A stretch of 64,000 bases of DNA from an uncultured bacterium (GTDB taxonomy: Bacteria > Oederibacteriota > PGYV01 > CAWJRG01), in the NCBI GenBank assembly GCA_963845185.1, contig CAWJRG010000005.1, forward strand, positions 384,001-448,000, in the 5' to 3' direction. Numbering within the stretch: position 1 is the first letter of the stretch; each line of letters begins with the position of its first letter. Under the pieces are notes generated by a model. It saw only the letters and a program-made list of their open reading frames with translations, made no database searches and was not told the DNA's origin. Of this stretch, positions 1 to 9,953 are shown one piece after another. The translations under genes and the position numbers were made by a program.

Positions 1-1198
1 ACTGTTTTATAGCGTTCTGGGTAAAAGGCTTTGACACACCCCAGCCGCCCTGTTTGAACGCGGACAAAGGTATGCTTATGTCCTTCCATGCTTTTTCCGC
101 GTCGTAATCAGGCGACGAATAGTAATCGTAATCTGTTATGGTGTTCTGGTCCAGCGAAACTGAAAACTTACCCATGCCACGCACCTTAAAAATAATTTTA
201 TCATAAGCCGACAAATCCGTTTCCCGGCTGTTATTTAACACCGTGCCAGCGCCTGCCCATGCGTTAAAGCCCATGATGCCGGATAAATCGCCGGCCTTAC
301 CCGTGCTTTTGAATTCAGCAGTTGAGCCTGGTTTTGCCCAGGTGGTACAGGTGCCGCCGAACGTCCCCTGCACTGACTGGTCCACTTTTACATACGCCGG
401 CTCTGCCTTGCCGGTTAATGAGAAAAACCGTATATCCTTAACCTCTATTTTATAATTCATGCCTTTGCCGTAGTTCCAGTTTTTCCAGTCAAATACAGGG
501 TTTGCCTTCCACCTGTCCATTATCGGCTCTGTCACCGGATTGCCCTTAAGCAGGCTCTCGTCCATCCATATCTCTATCGGCGTCCCGCCCCAGGACGAGT
601 CTATCAGGCCTATTGGCACGTTTAGTTCTTTCTGCAAATCGCTGCCGAAAAAGTAAGCCACAGCCGAAAAATTTCCCGCGTTTTCCGCGTCGCATACGGT
701 CCATGCCCCGCCTGCGTCTTTTGCAGGCTTTGGCAGCGCTATCTGCTCCTGCAAAAAAAGCCTTATATTGGGGTTTGCCTTGAAATTTTTCAGTTCTTCC
801 ATGCCGTCTATTGCATGCATGAGCTGCCATTCCATGTTTGACTGGCCAGAGCAGAACCACACGTCCCCTGAAAGCACATCCTTAAAAGTCATTGTATCGT
901 CCTTGCCTTTAATTGTCATTTCATACGGACCGCCTGCTTTTATTGGCTGCAGTTCCGCGGCCCACGAATCGTCCTTGCCTGCCTTTGCCGAAACTGTCTG
1001 GCCTGCAATTTCCACTGTAATTGCTTCGCCCCAGCCGGCATCTCCGAATATAGTCAGCGGCATGTCCCTCTGGAGCACCATATGGTCGCCGAATACTGAC
1101 GCTGGTTTTAATTTGTCTTTCTGCTTCGAAGCAAATGCGTATAAAACAAACAAGAAAAGAACCAATAAACAAAGAACGCAAATTTTCGTTATGTTCAT
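1..1198 (-). CDS. Secreted sialate O-acetylesterase (SASA/SGNH) family protein, runs off the left edge
   Basis: Not in the ORF track; translated by hand from ATG at 1198 (GGAGG RBS). Signal peptide, then FGDHMVLQRD, GGPYEM, GDVWFCSGQSNMEW, FSAVAYFFG and PIGLIDSSWGGTPIE, the family's hallmark motifs. Confidence 0.9.
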   Translation of the reverse strand, partial: MNITKICVLCLLVLFLFVLYAFASKQKDKLKPASVFGDHMVLQRDMPLTIFGDAGWGEAITVEIAGQTVSAKAGKDDSWAAELQPIKAGGPYEMTIKGKDDTMTFKDVLSGDVWFCSGQSNMEWQLMHAIDGMEELKNFKANPNIRLFLQEQIALPKPAKDAGGAWTVCDAENAGNFSAVAYFFGSDLQKELNVPIGLIDSSWGGTPIEIWMDESLLKGNPVTEPIMDRWKANPVFDWKNWNYGKGMNYKIEVKDIRFFSLTGKAEPAYVKVDQSVQGTFGGTCTTWAKPGSTAEFKSTGKAGDLSGIMGFNAWAGAGTVLNNSRETDLSAYDKIIFKVRGMGKFSVSLDQNTITDYDYYSSPDYDAEKAWKDISIPLSAFKQGGWGVSKPFTQNAIKQ

Positions 1199-1224
1199 GA
1201 TAACCTCCATTAAATAATTTTCAA

Positions 1225-1266
1225 GTAGAACCCCGCCGGGAGTAGCAAGGGGATTTCTTTCTGAAT
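1225..1266. mobile_element. Collapsed copy of the IS200/IS605-end-like short element
   Basis: Left end AAGTAGAACCCCGCCG is joined almost directly to right end GGGGATTTCTTTCTG; both match the ends of the 18544-18666 copy. Confidence 0.55.
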
Positions 1267-1285
1267 AAATTGATAATTTTAACTG

Positions 1286-1918
1286 CTACGGTCCCTTTTG
1301 CCATATTTTATATGAATACACCGTTGCTATTAATAAAGGCAAAAGAATTGCAACCATTATGAAATAGAACGAGTTTTGTTCAAAAAATATGCTTAAAACA
1401 CATAATGGAGAAAATGCCTTAATCAGTGTCCCGGCGAACTTGTGTGTCTTTTCCCACACTTCATCACTGCTTAATGTCCATGGTGTTCTTATGCCTATAA
1501 AAAAGTTTCTCTTTGTTTTCTCAATAAGCACCCCCATAAAAAATACAAGCAGGGCGAATGCGGGCCCCAGGAAAAAATTTATTTTCACGCGGATACCCAG
1601 GTTCCAAAGCAAGACAAAAACGAATATTGCGGTTAAAAACATTTGGCACATTATGGCAAACCAGTAATAATATTCTATAAATTTATTTATGTTTTCTTTT
1701 AACGGATCTATCCTCGGAATTGCTGTAAAAACAAGCGCTATGATAAGCATCATAACCGGTATGATAAAAATCCCGATTTCCTTGGGCATGTAGCCGTTCA
1801 CTTTGCCCTTAATGTCCCAGTGCGATGCCATACTGGCAGGTAAAGACGGAAACAAAATAATTGCCGCTCCGAAGCATGTTGCCACTATCAGAAATATTAT
1901 TAACTCGCCTCTTTTCAA
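1286..1918 (-). CDS. SdpI family (DUF1648 + SdpI) membrane immunity protein
   Basis: HWDIKGKVNG and NFFIGIRTPWTLSSDEVWEKTH motifs; multiple TM segments; TTG start with AAGGAGG RBS. Confidence 0.9.
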   Translation of the reverse strand: MKRGELIIFLIVATCFGAAIILFPSLPASMASHWDIKGKVNGYMPKEIGIFIIPVMMLIIALVFTAIPRIDPLKENINKFIEYYYWFAIMCQMFLTAIFVFVLLWNLGIRVKINFFLGPAFALLVFFMGVLIEKTKRNFFIGIRTPWTLSSDEVWEKTHKFAGTLIKAFSPLCVLSIFFEQNSFYFIMVAILLPLLIATVYSYKIWQKGP

Positions 1919-2000
1919 AAATGCCTCCTTATATTGCCTCCGCGTTCTTAAGGAAATTTCAAAATATATCCGGCACTATAACTTACAGGCTGAGAGCTAT

Positions 2001-2036
2001 AAAAAAAACAGGGGCAATTTTTCAATTGCCCCTGTG
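2001..2036 (-). terminator. Intrinsic terminator after the RRM gene
   Basis: CAGGGGCAATT/AATTGCCCCTG stem followed by a long U run on the minus strand. Confidence 0.8.
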
Positions 2037-2085
2037 TACTTATTATATAGACGGCCTCGTTTTGCAGGCCGTTTATAAATAAAAT

Positions 2086-2355
2086 TTAGAACCTTCTGTT
2101 GTCGCGTCTGTTGCCTTTTTCTCTCGGTGGTCTTGCTTCATCGATTTTCAAAGGCCTGCCTTTGAGATCCTTGCCGTTAAGCTCGGCTTTCGCCTTCTCA
2201 GCGTCGGCCGGAGTGCCCATTTCGACAAATCCGAATCCCTTGCCTTCGATGAGTGTAACTTCTTTCACTTCACCGTAAGGGGCAAACAACTCCTGAATCT
2301 CTTCTTTCGTTGTAGAATAGTTGAGATTCCCTACATAAAGTTTGCTGCCTTGCAT
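2086..2355 (-). CDS. RRM-domain RNA-binding protein (Rbp type)
   Basis: RNP2 LYVGNL and RNP1 KGFGFVEM. Start moved to ATG 2355 because of the AAGGAGG RBS. Confidence 0.93.
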   Translation of the reverse strand: MQGSKLYVGNLNYSTTKEEIQELFAPYGEVKEVTLIEGKGFGFVEMGTPADAEKAKAELNGKDLKGRPLKIDEARPPREKGNRRDNRRF

Positions 2356-2487
2356 ATTCTGTTCCTCCTTTTTCTCTTCATTCAATGATAGTCCTTTTGG
2401 AGGTTATGCAAAACAACGCACATAGCCCTAAAGGCATACTGAACAAAGGTTTCTCAGGCTTATATACCTGATCTTTCATTGAAACGA

Positions 2488-2515
2488 ATTATACCATAAT
2501 AATTGTTTTTTGCAA
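2488..2515 (-). promoter_or_regulatory. Sigma70-type promoter of the RRM gene
   Basis: TTGCAA-16 nt-TATAAT with an extended -10 TG; implies a ~125-nt 5' UTR. Confidence 0.7.
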
Positions 2516-2705
2516 AGCCTATTTTTTATTTTTCTGCTTCCGTTATCAATTACTTCCATTATTTTGTTGAATTCTTCCCTACACTTGTGTTTTAAAGCCC
2601 TTATATCAGGCTTTAAATAGAAAAATTAAGCTGCTTATATTTTTATATAAACCTTTTTGCCTTCTGATCCGTCTAATTATATATCTAAATACTAACGAAA
2701 GGAGT

Positions 2706-3319
2706 ATGCCAATGAAAGAAAAAGTTTCTAAAGCAAAGCTTTTAGTGTTCATTATGCTGCTGGCAGTTGTGTCATTTTGTTTTTCCAATACGCCGGTATA
2801 TGCCCGTGAAATCCATAGTGCGGTTCATAGCCAGGGTGTCGGAGGCCACAGCAGCTATGTATCACACTCGTACGGTAACCGTGGTTATAGTTACTCGCAT
2901 TATTACCATTCAGGCAGATGGCACGGCCGTGGATGGTTCGGTTTAGATTTTTCCTGGGTGTTCCTCCAATAGGCGCAGTAGTGCCATATCTGCCCTTTGG
3001 TTGCAGTCAAATAATAATAGGCGGGTTGCCTTATTATTTTTATGATGATACATATTTCACCGCGTGCCCTGTGGGTTATATTGTGGTGCCTGCTCCCGAT
3101 ACTGACGACTCTGCATCGGTGGTGGTCCCCGAGTCCAACCTTGCGTCTGCCTCCAATTCCGGAGAGGGCAGTACAATCATAATAAACATACCCAGCTCAA
3201 AAGGAAAGTTCAAGCCAATAAAACTTACTAAAAAAGACGGCGGTTATTTAGGCCCCCAGGGGGAATTTTATCCCGGACATCCTTCAGTCGCGCAGCTAAA
3301 AGCGCTGTACGGCGAATAA
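2706..3319 (+). pseudogene. Secreted DUF6515-like protein split by a single-base frameshift (probably a sequence error)
   Basis: ORF 2706-2972 (signal peptide, H/G/Y-rich) joins ORF 2918-3319 (YYFYDDTYF...GYIVVPAP) if one T is added to the T5 run at 2948-2952. Confidence 0.7.
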
Positions 3320-3331
3320 CAATAATTGCAT

Positions 3332-3375
3332 AATAAAAAAGCCCGCGCTGCAAAAAACGTGCGGGCTTTTTTATT
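3332..3375. terminator. Bidirectional intrinsic terminator
   Basis: AATAAAAAAGCCCGC...GCGGGCTTTTTTATT between convergent genes. Confidence 0.85.
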
Positions 3376-3389
3376 TTGCTTGGATTTGA

Positions 3390-3944
3390 TTAAACTTTAT
3401 CCTTTATCATGTCGTATAAATAAACAAGAAACCCTGCCGTAAAAGGCACAGTTATCACTTCGCCGACAAAAAATAATTTCACCCCTATAAGATTTACAAG
3501 AATAAGGCACAGCATTATTGTAAAATGTGCTGTAAAACCGTTTTTCATGACAACATTATAACTCAACCTTAACGATTCTCCAACCCCTTTTCCTGAATAA
3601 GCAAGGTAAAAAGGCGCATATATCCATACCGTCATTACAAACAAACCGGGTACTATTAAAATCATTCCTAGCAAAGCAGTGAAAAATATAATCAGTCCTT
3701 GTGCCGATAAAAGCAATATTTCTGTCCTGTAAAAAAACAGCGATTCAAAGGTTTTGTTAACGGAAACTTTCTCGTTCCTTTGTATTTTTAAAAATATCAG
3801 CCCCAAACCCGTAAATAAAAACGGTATTAGCAGGCCAAGCGTCAATACGCTCAGGATAATTGCCACGAGGGATGCTCCAAATATTGTCGCCGGCTCCCTT
3901 TTTATCGCAGTAATTGTTTCTTTTATAGCCTTATTTATTTCCAC
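3390..3944 (-). CDS. Hypothetical integral membrane protein
   Basis: 184 aa with about four hydrophobic segments; overlaps the ribF stop. Confidence 0.75.
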   Translation of the reverse strand: MEINKAIKETITAIKREPATIFGASLVAIILSVLTLGLLIPFLFTGLGLIFLKIQRNEKVSVNKTFESLFFYRTEILLLSAQGLIIFFTALLGMILIVPGLFVMTVWIYAPFYLAYSGKGVGESLRLSYNVVMKNGFTAHFTIMLCLILVNLIGVKLFFVGEVITVPFTAGFLVYLYDMIKDKV

Positions 3945-4870
3945 TTTTCACCATTGAAATTTTCCCGGATAAAACTTATATCCCGCCTTACCTGTTTTAC
4001 AAGCGCATCCCTGCTTTCGAATTTTTTCTCGTCACGTATTCTGCACAGAAACCTTATTTTAATCCTCCTGCCATATATTTTTTTATGGAGCCCCATTATA
4101 AAAACCTCAATTGTAGGCTTTATTTCGCGTTTTAACGTTGGCGCAAAACCTATGTTTGCCGCACCCGGAAAGCTTTTTCCGCCGTAATTCACAAGCGTGG
4201 CCCACACGCCTCTTGCCGGTATTTCTTCGTACTCGATCTTTATATTCGCCGTCGGAAAGCCAAGCTTGTATCCAATGTGCCTGCCGTGAATTACCTTACC
4301 CTCTATTTCGTATTTATGCCCAAGCATTCTTTCAGCCGTTTTTATGTCGCCTTTTTTAAGATAATGCCTTATTGCCTGGCTGCTGACTTTTTCATTATTT
4401 ATTCTGACGTCTTTTATCAAATTGACTTTAAATCCGTATTTTATTGACATTTTTTTTAAAAATTTTACATCCCCCTTGCCTTGCCTGCCGAAAATAAAAT
4501 CCGTACCAACTGTGATATATTTCATTTTAAACTTTTTTACAAGGACTTCTTTGATGAATTTTCCAGCTTCAATTCCAGCAACTTTTTTAAAATCCAGGAC
4601 AACTATAAAATCGGCTTTATATTTTCCCAGTATTTTTATTCTGTCCCCGAGATTTTTTATGAATTTCAAATCTTTTGTTTTCATAAGGTAGGTATCCGGG
4701 TGCTGTTTAAAGGTAATAATTATGCTCTGCCCCTTGTTCTTTTTAGCCCATTTTTTTATGCTTTCGATAAGCCTGGCGTGCCCTAAATGTACACCGTCAA
4801 ATACACCCATGGTAATTGCGGATTTTTTTATCCCCCCAGGAATCTTTCTTAAAGAATTTATTATCTTCAT
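3935..4870 (-). CDS. ribF: Bifunctional riboflavin kinase/FAD synthetase
   Basis: MGVFDGVHLGH, VGTDFIFG, VSS, GFPTAN and IRDEKKF motifs. Confidence 0.97.
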   Translation of the reverse strand: MKIINSLRKIPGGIKKSAITMGVFDGVHLGHARLIESIKKWAKKNKGQSIIITFKQHPDTYLMKTKDLKFIKNLGDRIKILGKYKADFIVVLDFKKVAGIEAGKFIKEVLVKKFKMKYITVGTDFIFGRQGKGDVKFLKKMSIKYGFKVNLIKDVRINNEKVSSQAIRHYLKKGDIKTAERMLGHKYEIEGKVIHGRHIGYKLGFPTANIKIEYEEIPARGVWATLVNYGGKSFPGAANIGFAPTLKREIKPTIEVFIMGLHKKIYGRRIKIRFLCRIRDEKKFESRDALVKQVRRDISFIRENFNGEKWK

Positions 4871-4875
4871 AGCGT

Positions 4876-5835
4876 TTATTTGAGCTGCCTTCTAACCTCT
4901 GCCAGCAGGAGTTTTTCAGCTTTCTTAATGGGGGTTTTTATCACGCAACCCGCTGCATGCTTGTGTCCGCCGCCTCCGAATTTGCGTGCGATTTTGTTTA
5001 CATCCGCGCCGTTTCTTGCCCTCAGGCTTGCTTTTGTAACGTTTTTTGCAGTTTCCTTAAAAAGGATTGCAACTTCCACTTCTTTTATGGAACGTATTGA
5101 ATTTATAAAATTATCGGTATCACTCTCGGCCGCGCCTGTTTCCCTGAACATTTTTTTCGTCAGGCGGCTCCATCCGATTTTATTCTGGATTTTTAAGCCT
5201 GCCAGCATTTTCATCAGCAGGGCCGTGCTGCTTTTCGTTGTTGAGTAAACTTCAAACGCGATTGCCTCCGGGTCGGCTCCGGCGCGTAAAAGCTCTGCCG
5301 CTATTATATGCACTCCCGGTGTTGTGTTTGAATACCTGAAAGAACCTGTATCGGTAATTATGGCAGTGTACAGGCACGAAGCTACGTCTTTGTCTATTTT
5401 CCATCCAAGCTTTTTCATGATTTCAAAAATTTGTACCCCGACTGCGGCCGCCCTGCTGTCAACTATATTCATATCCCCATACATGTCGTTGTCGGGATGA
5501 TGGTCAATATTTATGATATATTTTGCCTGTTTTTCGTAGTCTATTATACCGCCGTTTCTTGCCAGGTCCGGACACTCGAGAATTATAGCCACGTCGTAAC
5601 TGCCCTCGACTTTCTTTATATTTTTGATTTTATTACTTTTGGGAAGGAATTGATAAATTGCCGGCATCGAATCCCTGTTTATAAAATCAACCCTCTTTTT
5701 CATTTTTAACAGCTTATTAATAAGGGCAAGGCCCGTGCCTATGCCGTCGCCATCTGGGTTCAGATGTGTTGTTATTAATATTTTTTTGGCGCTCTTTATT
5801 ATTTTTCCCAGCAGTTTTACCTTGTTGTCTGTCAT
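4876..5835 (-). CDS. nrnA: DHH/DHHA1 oligoribonuclease / pAp phosphatase
   Basis: HLNPDGDG, NIDHH, TDTGSF and FGGGGH motifs; canonical position after rbfA. Confidence 0.93.
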   Translation of the reverse strand: MTDNKVKLLGKIIKSAKKILITTHLNPDGDGIGTGLALINKLLKMKKRVDFINRDSMPAIYQFLPKSNKIKNIKKVEGSYDVAIILECPDLARNGGIIDYEKQAKYIINIDHHPDNDMYGDMNIVDSRAAAVGVQIFEIMKKLGWKIDKDVASCLYTAIITDTGSFRYSNTTPGVHIIAAELLRAGADPEAIAFEVYSTTKSSTALLMKMLAGLKIQNKIGWSRLTKKMFRETGAAESDTDNFINSIRSIKEVEVAILFKETAKNVTKASLRARNGADVNKIARKFGGGGHKHAAGCVIKTPIKKAEKLLLAEVRRQLK

Positions 5836-6188
5836 TTTCCCTGCCTCTCGTCTTGAATAGTTTTTAACAATCGCATTATTCTTTCCCGCTCTTCCATGGT
5901 ATCATCGATTTTAAATATGATTTCAGGCGTATACCGCAGTTTTATTACACCACCCACTTCTTTTCTTATGAACCCGGCCGCGCTTTTCAATCCTTCCATG
6001 TTTTTTTCTTTTGCTTCCGGGTCGCCCATGATACTCACATAAACGTGCGCAATGCGCAGGTCTTTTGTCAGGCTCACGTGCGTTACACTTACAAAAGTTA
6101 TTCTGGGGTCTTTTAATTCGCGCAGGATTAACGTGCTTATTTCTTTTTTTATTGCGCTTTCCACCCGCTGTTTCCTTATATTATTCAT
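5832..6188 (-). CDS. rbfA: Ribosome-binding factor A
   Basis: KDPRI, DLRIAHVYVS and LRYTPEIIF motifs; ATG 6188 has an AAGGA RBS. Confidence 0.96.
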   Translation of the reverse strand: MNNIRKQRVESAIKKEISTLILRELKDPRITFVSVTHVSLTKDLRIAHVYVSIMGDPEAKEKNMEGLKSAAGFIRKEVGGVIKLRYTPEIIFKIDDTMEERERIMRLLKTIQDERQGK

Positions 6189-6251
6189 AGTTGTTTCCTT
6201 GGCTGTCAAAATAATTATCTGCAGAAACTACCCGGCGGGCCGTCTCTGCTT

Positions 6252-6536
6252 TTACATTATTTCAAACTCATCGTTCAGTATTTCAAATCCGCTTTTGTTT
6301 TCCTCGATATGGTCTATTATTTTGTCAAAGGTGCTGTTAATCAGCCGCGCGTCCTCGCTTATGCATGCCATTGCGATGACGCTTCGCTGCCATTTATCCT
6401 GATATTCGGCTTCAATTATTGATATATTGAATCGTTTCCTTAACTTATCTTTTAGCTGCTGTATTATGAACCTTTTTTGCTTTAAGGAATGTGTCTCGTG
6501 TAAAAAAAGCTCGATTTTAAGTATCCCGACCCTCAT
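6252..6536 (-). CDS. DUF503 (YlxP-like) protein
   Basis: SLKQKR...KRFNISIIE...QDKWQR; canonical position between infB and rbfA. Confidence 0.9.
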   Translation of the reverse strand: MRVGILKIELFLHETHSLKQKRFIIQQLKDKLRKRFNISIIEAEYQDKWQRSVIAMACISEDARLINSTFDKIIDHIEENKSGFEILNDEFEIM

Positions 6537-8659
6537 AGTTTTTTGACTTTTTGCCTCTCCTCATAAAAAACGATGACATCACCTTCCTTTGGTTCCCTGT
6601 ATCCGTCCACAATAACTCCGCACTCATAGCCTTCCTTGACCTCTTTTACGCTGTCTTTAAATCTCCTTAGGGATAAAACGTTGCCTTTTAATATTTCGTA
6701 ACCTCCCCTGTATACTGCTGCGACCGAATCATTATATGCATTACCGCTCTTTATATAGCTGCCTGCAATAAATTTATCCTCGCTTACCATCTTAAATATT
6801 TGCCTTACCTCGGCTTCGCCTATCTTCACTTGCTCATATTCGGGCTCCAGCAGTCCTTCCATCGCGGCTTTAATTGCGTCAACTACCTCATATATTATAT
6901 GATATATCTTTATCTCAACATCTTCCTTCTTGGCCAGTTCTTTGGCTGCGGAGTTTATAGCTACAAAAAACCCTATAATAACTGCATTTGAAGCGTCGGC
7001 AAGCAGTACATCGCTCTCGGTTATATCGCCGACATCCTTGTGTATTATCTGTACGTTTATTTCACTTTCTGCCGACAGCTTGCTTATAGAGTCGGACAGC
7101 GCGCCTACTGAGCCCTGCCCGTCGCCCTTAATGATGAGGAAAAGCTTTTTCTCTGCACCCATTTTTATTTTTGCATGCAGGTCCTCGAGAGTTATTTTCT
7201 TTTTCTTTCTTTCCTCGGACATTCTCCTCAGTTCCTCGCTGCGGCGCTCGGATATTTGCCTTACTTCCTTTTCGCTTTCCATTACCCTGAACTTGTCGCC
7301 TGCGTTTGGCACTTCGTCAAAGCCCAGTACCTCCACGGGCATTACCGCCTTGGCTTCTTTCAGCCTGTTTCCTTTATCGTCAATTAAAGCCTTTACTTTG
7401 CCGAATGTGAAATTTGTTATAAAAGGATCTCCTATCATTAGCGTCCCTTTTTGTATAAGCACGGTGCCTACAGGCCCCCTGCCCTTGTCTAGTTTGCCCT
7501 CTATTATTACCCCCATTGCCTTCCTGTTCGGGTTTGTCTTTAATTCAAGCATCTCAGCTTCGAGCAGTATCTTGTCGAGCAGCTCGTCAATGCCTATTTT
7601 CTTTTTTGCCGAAATCTGTACAAACTGGGTTTTCCCGCCCCACTCCTCGGAAATCAAATTGTATTTTGTCAGCTCCTGCTTTACCCTGTCCGGCTGCGCG
7701 CCATCCTTGTCTATTTTATTTATGGCGACTATTATCGGGGCTCCCGCTGCTTTTGCGTGGTCTATTGCCTCAACCGTCTGTGGCATTACGCCGTCATCCG
7801 CCGCCACTATTAAAATTACTATGTCGGTTGCCTGCGCTCCCCTGGCGCGCATTGCCGTAAATGCCTCGTGGCCCGGCGTATCAATAAATACAATGTCTCC
7901 TTTTTTTGTCTGCACCCTGTACGCGCCGATTTTTTGGGTAATGCCGCCTCTTTCCTGCGAAACAATATCAGATTGTCTCACGGCATCAAGCAGAGAAGTC
8001 TTGCCATGATCGACGTGTCCCATTATCGTGACTATCGGAGCCCTTGGTTTCAGGTCCTCGGGCTTGTCTTCTTCCTCTTCAAATACCGAATCGCCGTATA
8101 TATCCTTGAATTTTACTTCTTTGCCAAATTCTTCAGCCACAAGCTGTGTCGCCTCTTCGGAAAGCGTCTGGTTTATGGATGCCAAAACTCCCATGGACAT
8201 TAATTTTTTTATAAGTTCTGTTGATTTTATCTCAAATCTTTGGGCAAGCTCGCCGACTGTTATTGTCCGGTTTACTTCAATGACTTCTTTTTCAGCCGGC
8301 TTTACCGCCGGTTCCGCAGCTTGCACAGGCGCAGCCGCCGTCTCAGCCTGGCTGGTTTTGATTTCCTCCGGTTTCGGCTGTACCGCAACTTCTTGCTTTA
8401 TTTCCTCTTTCACTTCCGGTTCCTGCTTTTTAAGGTGTTTTTCCTCTTTGCCCAGGACAGCCTGCGCCTTTTCTGTTTTTGCCCTGGCCGGCTCTTCTTT
8501 TTTCCCTTTTTGTGGCGCCAGCCTTTTTTCGACAAAATCAATTAATTCGTCCGGAATGGCGCTCATGTGGCTTTTAACTTCCACGCCTTTTTCCAGTAAA
8601 ATATTGATTATTTCCTTGCTCTCTATGTCGTATTTTTTCGCGATTTCGTGTATTCTCAT
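6533..8659 (-). CDS. infB: Translation initiation factor IF-2
   Basis: GHVDHGKT, DTPGHEAF, NKID and C-terminal GYECG motifs. Confidence 0.99.
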   Translation of the reverse strand: MRIHEIAKKYDIESKEIINILLEKGVEVKSHMSAIPDELIDFVEKRLAPQKGKKEEPARAKTEKAQAVLGKEEKHLKKQEPEVKEEIKQEVAVQPKPEEIKTSQAETAAAPVQAAEPAVKPAEKEVIEVNRTITVGELAQRFEIKSTELIKKLMSMGVLASINQTLSEEATQLVAEEFGKEVKFKDIYGDSVFEEEEDKPEDLKPRAPIVTIMGHVDHGKTSLLDAVRQSDIVSQERGGITQKIGAYRVQTKKGDIVFIDTPGHEAFTAMRARGAQATDIVILIVAADDGVMPQTVEAIDHAKAAGAPIIVAINKIDKDGAQPDRVKQELTKYNLISEEWGGKTQFVQISAKKKIGIDELLDKILLEAEMLELKTNPNRKAMGVIIEGKLDKGRGPVGTVLIQKGTLMIGDPFITNFTFGKVKALIDDKGNRLKEAKAVMPVEVLGFDEVPNAGDKFRVMESEKEVRQISERRSEELRRMSEERKKKKITLEDLHAKIKMGAEKKLFLIIKGDGQGSVGALSDSISKLSAESEINVQIIHKDVGDITESDVLLADASNAVIIGFFVAINSAAKELAKKEDVEIKIYHIIYEVVDAIKAAMEGLLEPEYEQVKIGEAEVRQIFKMVSEDKFIAGSYIKSGNAYNDSVAAVYRGGYEILKGNVLSLRRFKDSVKEVKEGYECGVIVDGYREPKEGDVIVFYEERQKVKKL

Positions 8660-9948
8660 TCGGTTTTCTCGATTTTCCCGGTTTTACCGCTTTTCTCTAT
8701 AAACTCGTTGGCTTTCCCCTTGAGCTTCTTTATTTCTTCGTCGTCTGCTCCGATTATCTCCTTAAGGATATTGTCTTCGGCAGCCGCAAAATCCTTCAGG
8801 TTCTTTATCCCAGCTTCCTTTATTTTCCTAAGAACCTTCACCGGTATGTCTGTGTTTAACTTAAAAAGGTCATACTCTACCTGTTCCTCTATGCCTTTCT
8901 TCATCTGGACAATTTTTTCCTCGGTAAATTCCGTCGCCCTCAGTACGGACACTTTCCATTTGGTAATCTTTGCCACAAGCCTCATATTTATGCCGCCCTT
9001 GCCTATCACCTGCGAAAACTGTTCGTCAGGTACTGCAATGACCGCGTATTTATTCACTTCGTCGACATAAATATTTTTTATTGAAATGGGCGCAATCGCG
9101 CTCGCCAGGTATTTTTTAATATCGTCGCTGTAAAGGACAACATCAACCTTTTCCCCCTGCAGTTCCCTTATGATTGTCTGTATCCTGCTGCCCTTTACGC
9201 CGATGCAGGCACCCACCGGGTCTATATGCGGGTCGTTTGAGGTTACCACAACCTTGCTTTTTATGCCCGGTTCCCTCGCGACGTATTTTATCTCCACTAT
9301 TCCCTGGTCCACCTCGGTAACTTCAGTAGCAAATATTTTTTTGATAAAATTCGGGTGTGTCCTCGACAGTTCAAGCACGGCCCCGTCCCTGCTCCTGGTT
9401 ACCGAAAGTATATAAGCTTTTATCCTCTGCCCGATTTTATATTCTTCCTTTTCCACCTGTTCTTTTTGCCTCAAAATGCCTTCCACTACCCCCAGGTCGA
9501 TTATTAAATTCCCGTTTTCTATGCTGTGCACTGCGCCCGTTACTATCTCGCCTTCTTTTTTAGCGTACTCGAGGTAAACCTGCTCTTTCTCAACTTCCCT
9601 TATTTTCTGGGTTATTACCTGTTTTGTTGTCTGGGCCGCTATCCTGCCGAACTCCTTGGGATAAAAAAGCACTTCTATTTCCTCGCCGAGCTGCGCTTCG
9701 GGCTTTATTGTTTTGGCTTCTTCCAAAGAGATTTCCGTATAATCGTTTTCGGGCTTTTCAACAACTTTCTTTATCCAGTAAAACTTGATTTCGTTTTCCT
9801 GCGCGTCGACCCTGATATTGGGCTTTATGCCGTACACCTTTTTGGCCGCGGAAGTTATGCCGCGTTCAAACGCCTTTACAAGCTCGCCCTTGTCTATATT
9901 TTTCAGCCTTTCAATCTGTTGGAACATCTCTGTAATTTCATTTGACAT
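8656..9948 (-). CDS. nusA: Transcription elongation factor NusA
   Basis: FGRIAAQT, S1 domain, AREPG and DPVGACIG KH motifs; ATG 9948 with GAGG RBS. Confidence 0.98.
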   Translation of the reverse strand: MSNEITEMFQQIERLKNIDKGELVKAFERGITSAAKKVYGIKPNIRVDAQENEIKFYWIKKVVEKPENDYTEISLEEAKTIKPEAQLGEEIEVLFYPKEFGRIAAQTTKQVITQKIREVEKEQVYLEYAKKEGEIVTGAVHSIENGNLIIDLGVVEGILRQKEQVEKEEYKIGQRIKAYILSVTRSRDGAVLELSRTHPNFIKKIFATEVTEVDQGIVEIKYVAREPGIKSKVVVTSNDPHIDPVGACIGVKGSRIQTIIRELQGEKVDVVLYSDDIKKYLASAIAPISIKNIYVDEVNKYAVIAVPDEQFSQVIGKGGINMRLVAKITKWKVSVLRATEFTEEKIVQMKKGIEEQVEYDLFKLNTDIPVKVLRKIKEAGIKNLKDFAAAEDNILKEIIGADDEEIKKLKGKANEFIEKSGKTGKIEKTE

Positions 9949-9953
9949 TTTAA

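Noticed and set aside
6930..8702. Long + strand ORFs opposite infB (similar ones lie opposite hsdR, ileS, purL and the Thr-rich genes)
   Set aside because: Antisense shadows of well-supported genes, with no independent motifs or RBS.
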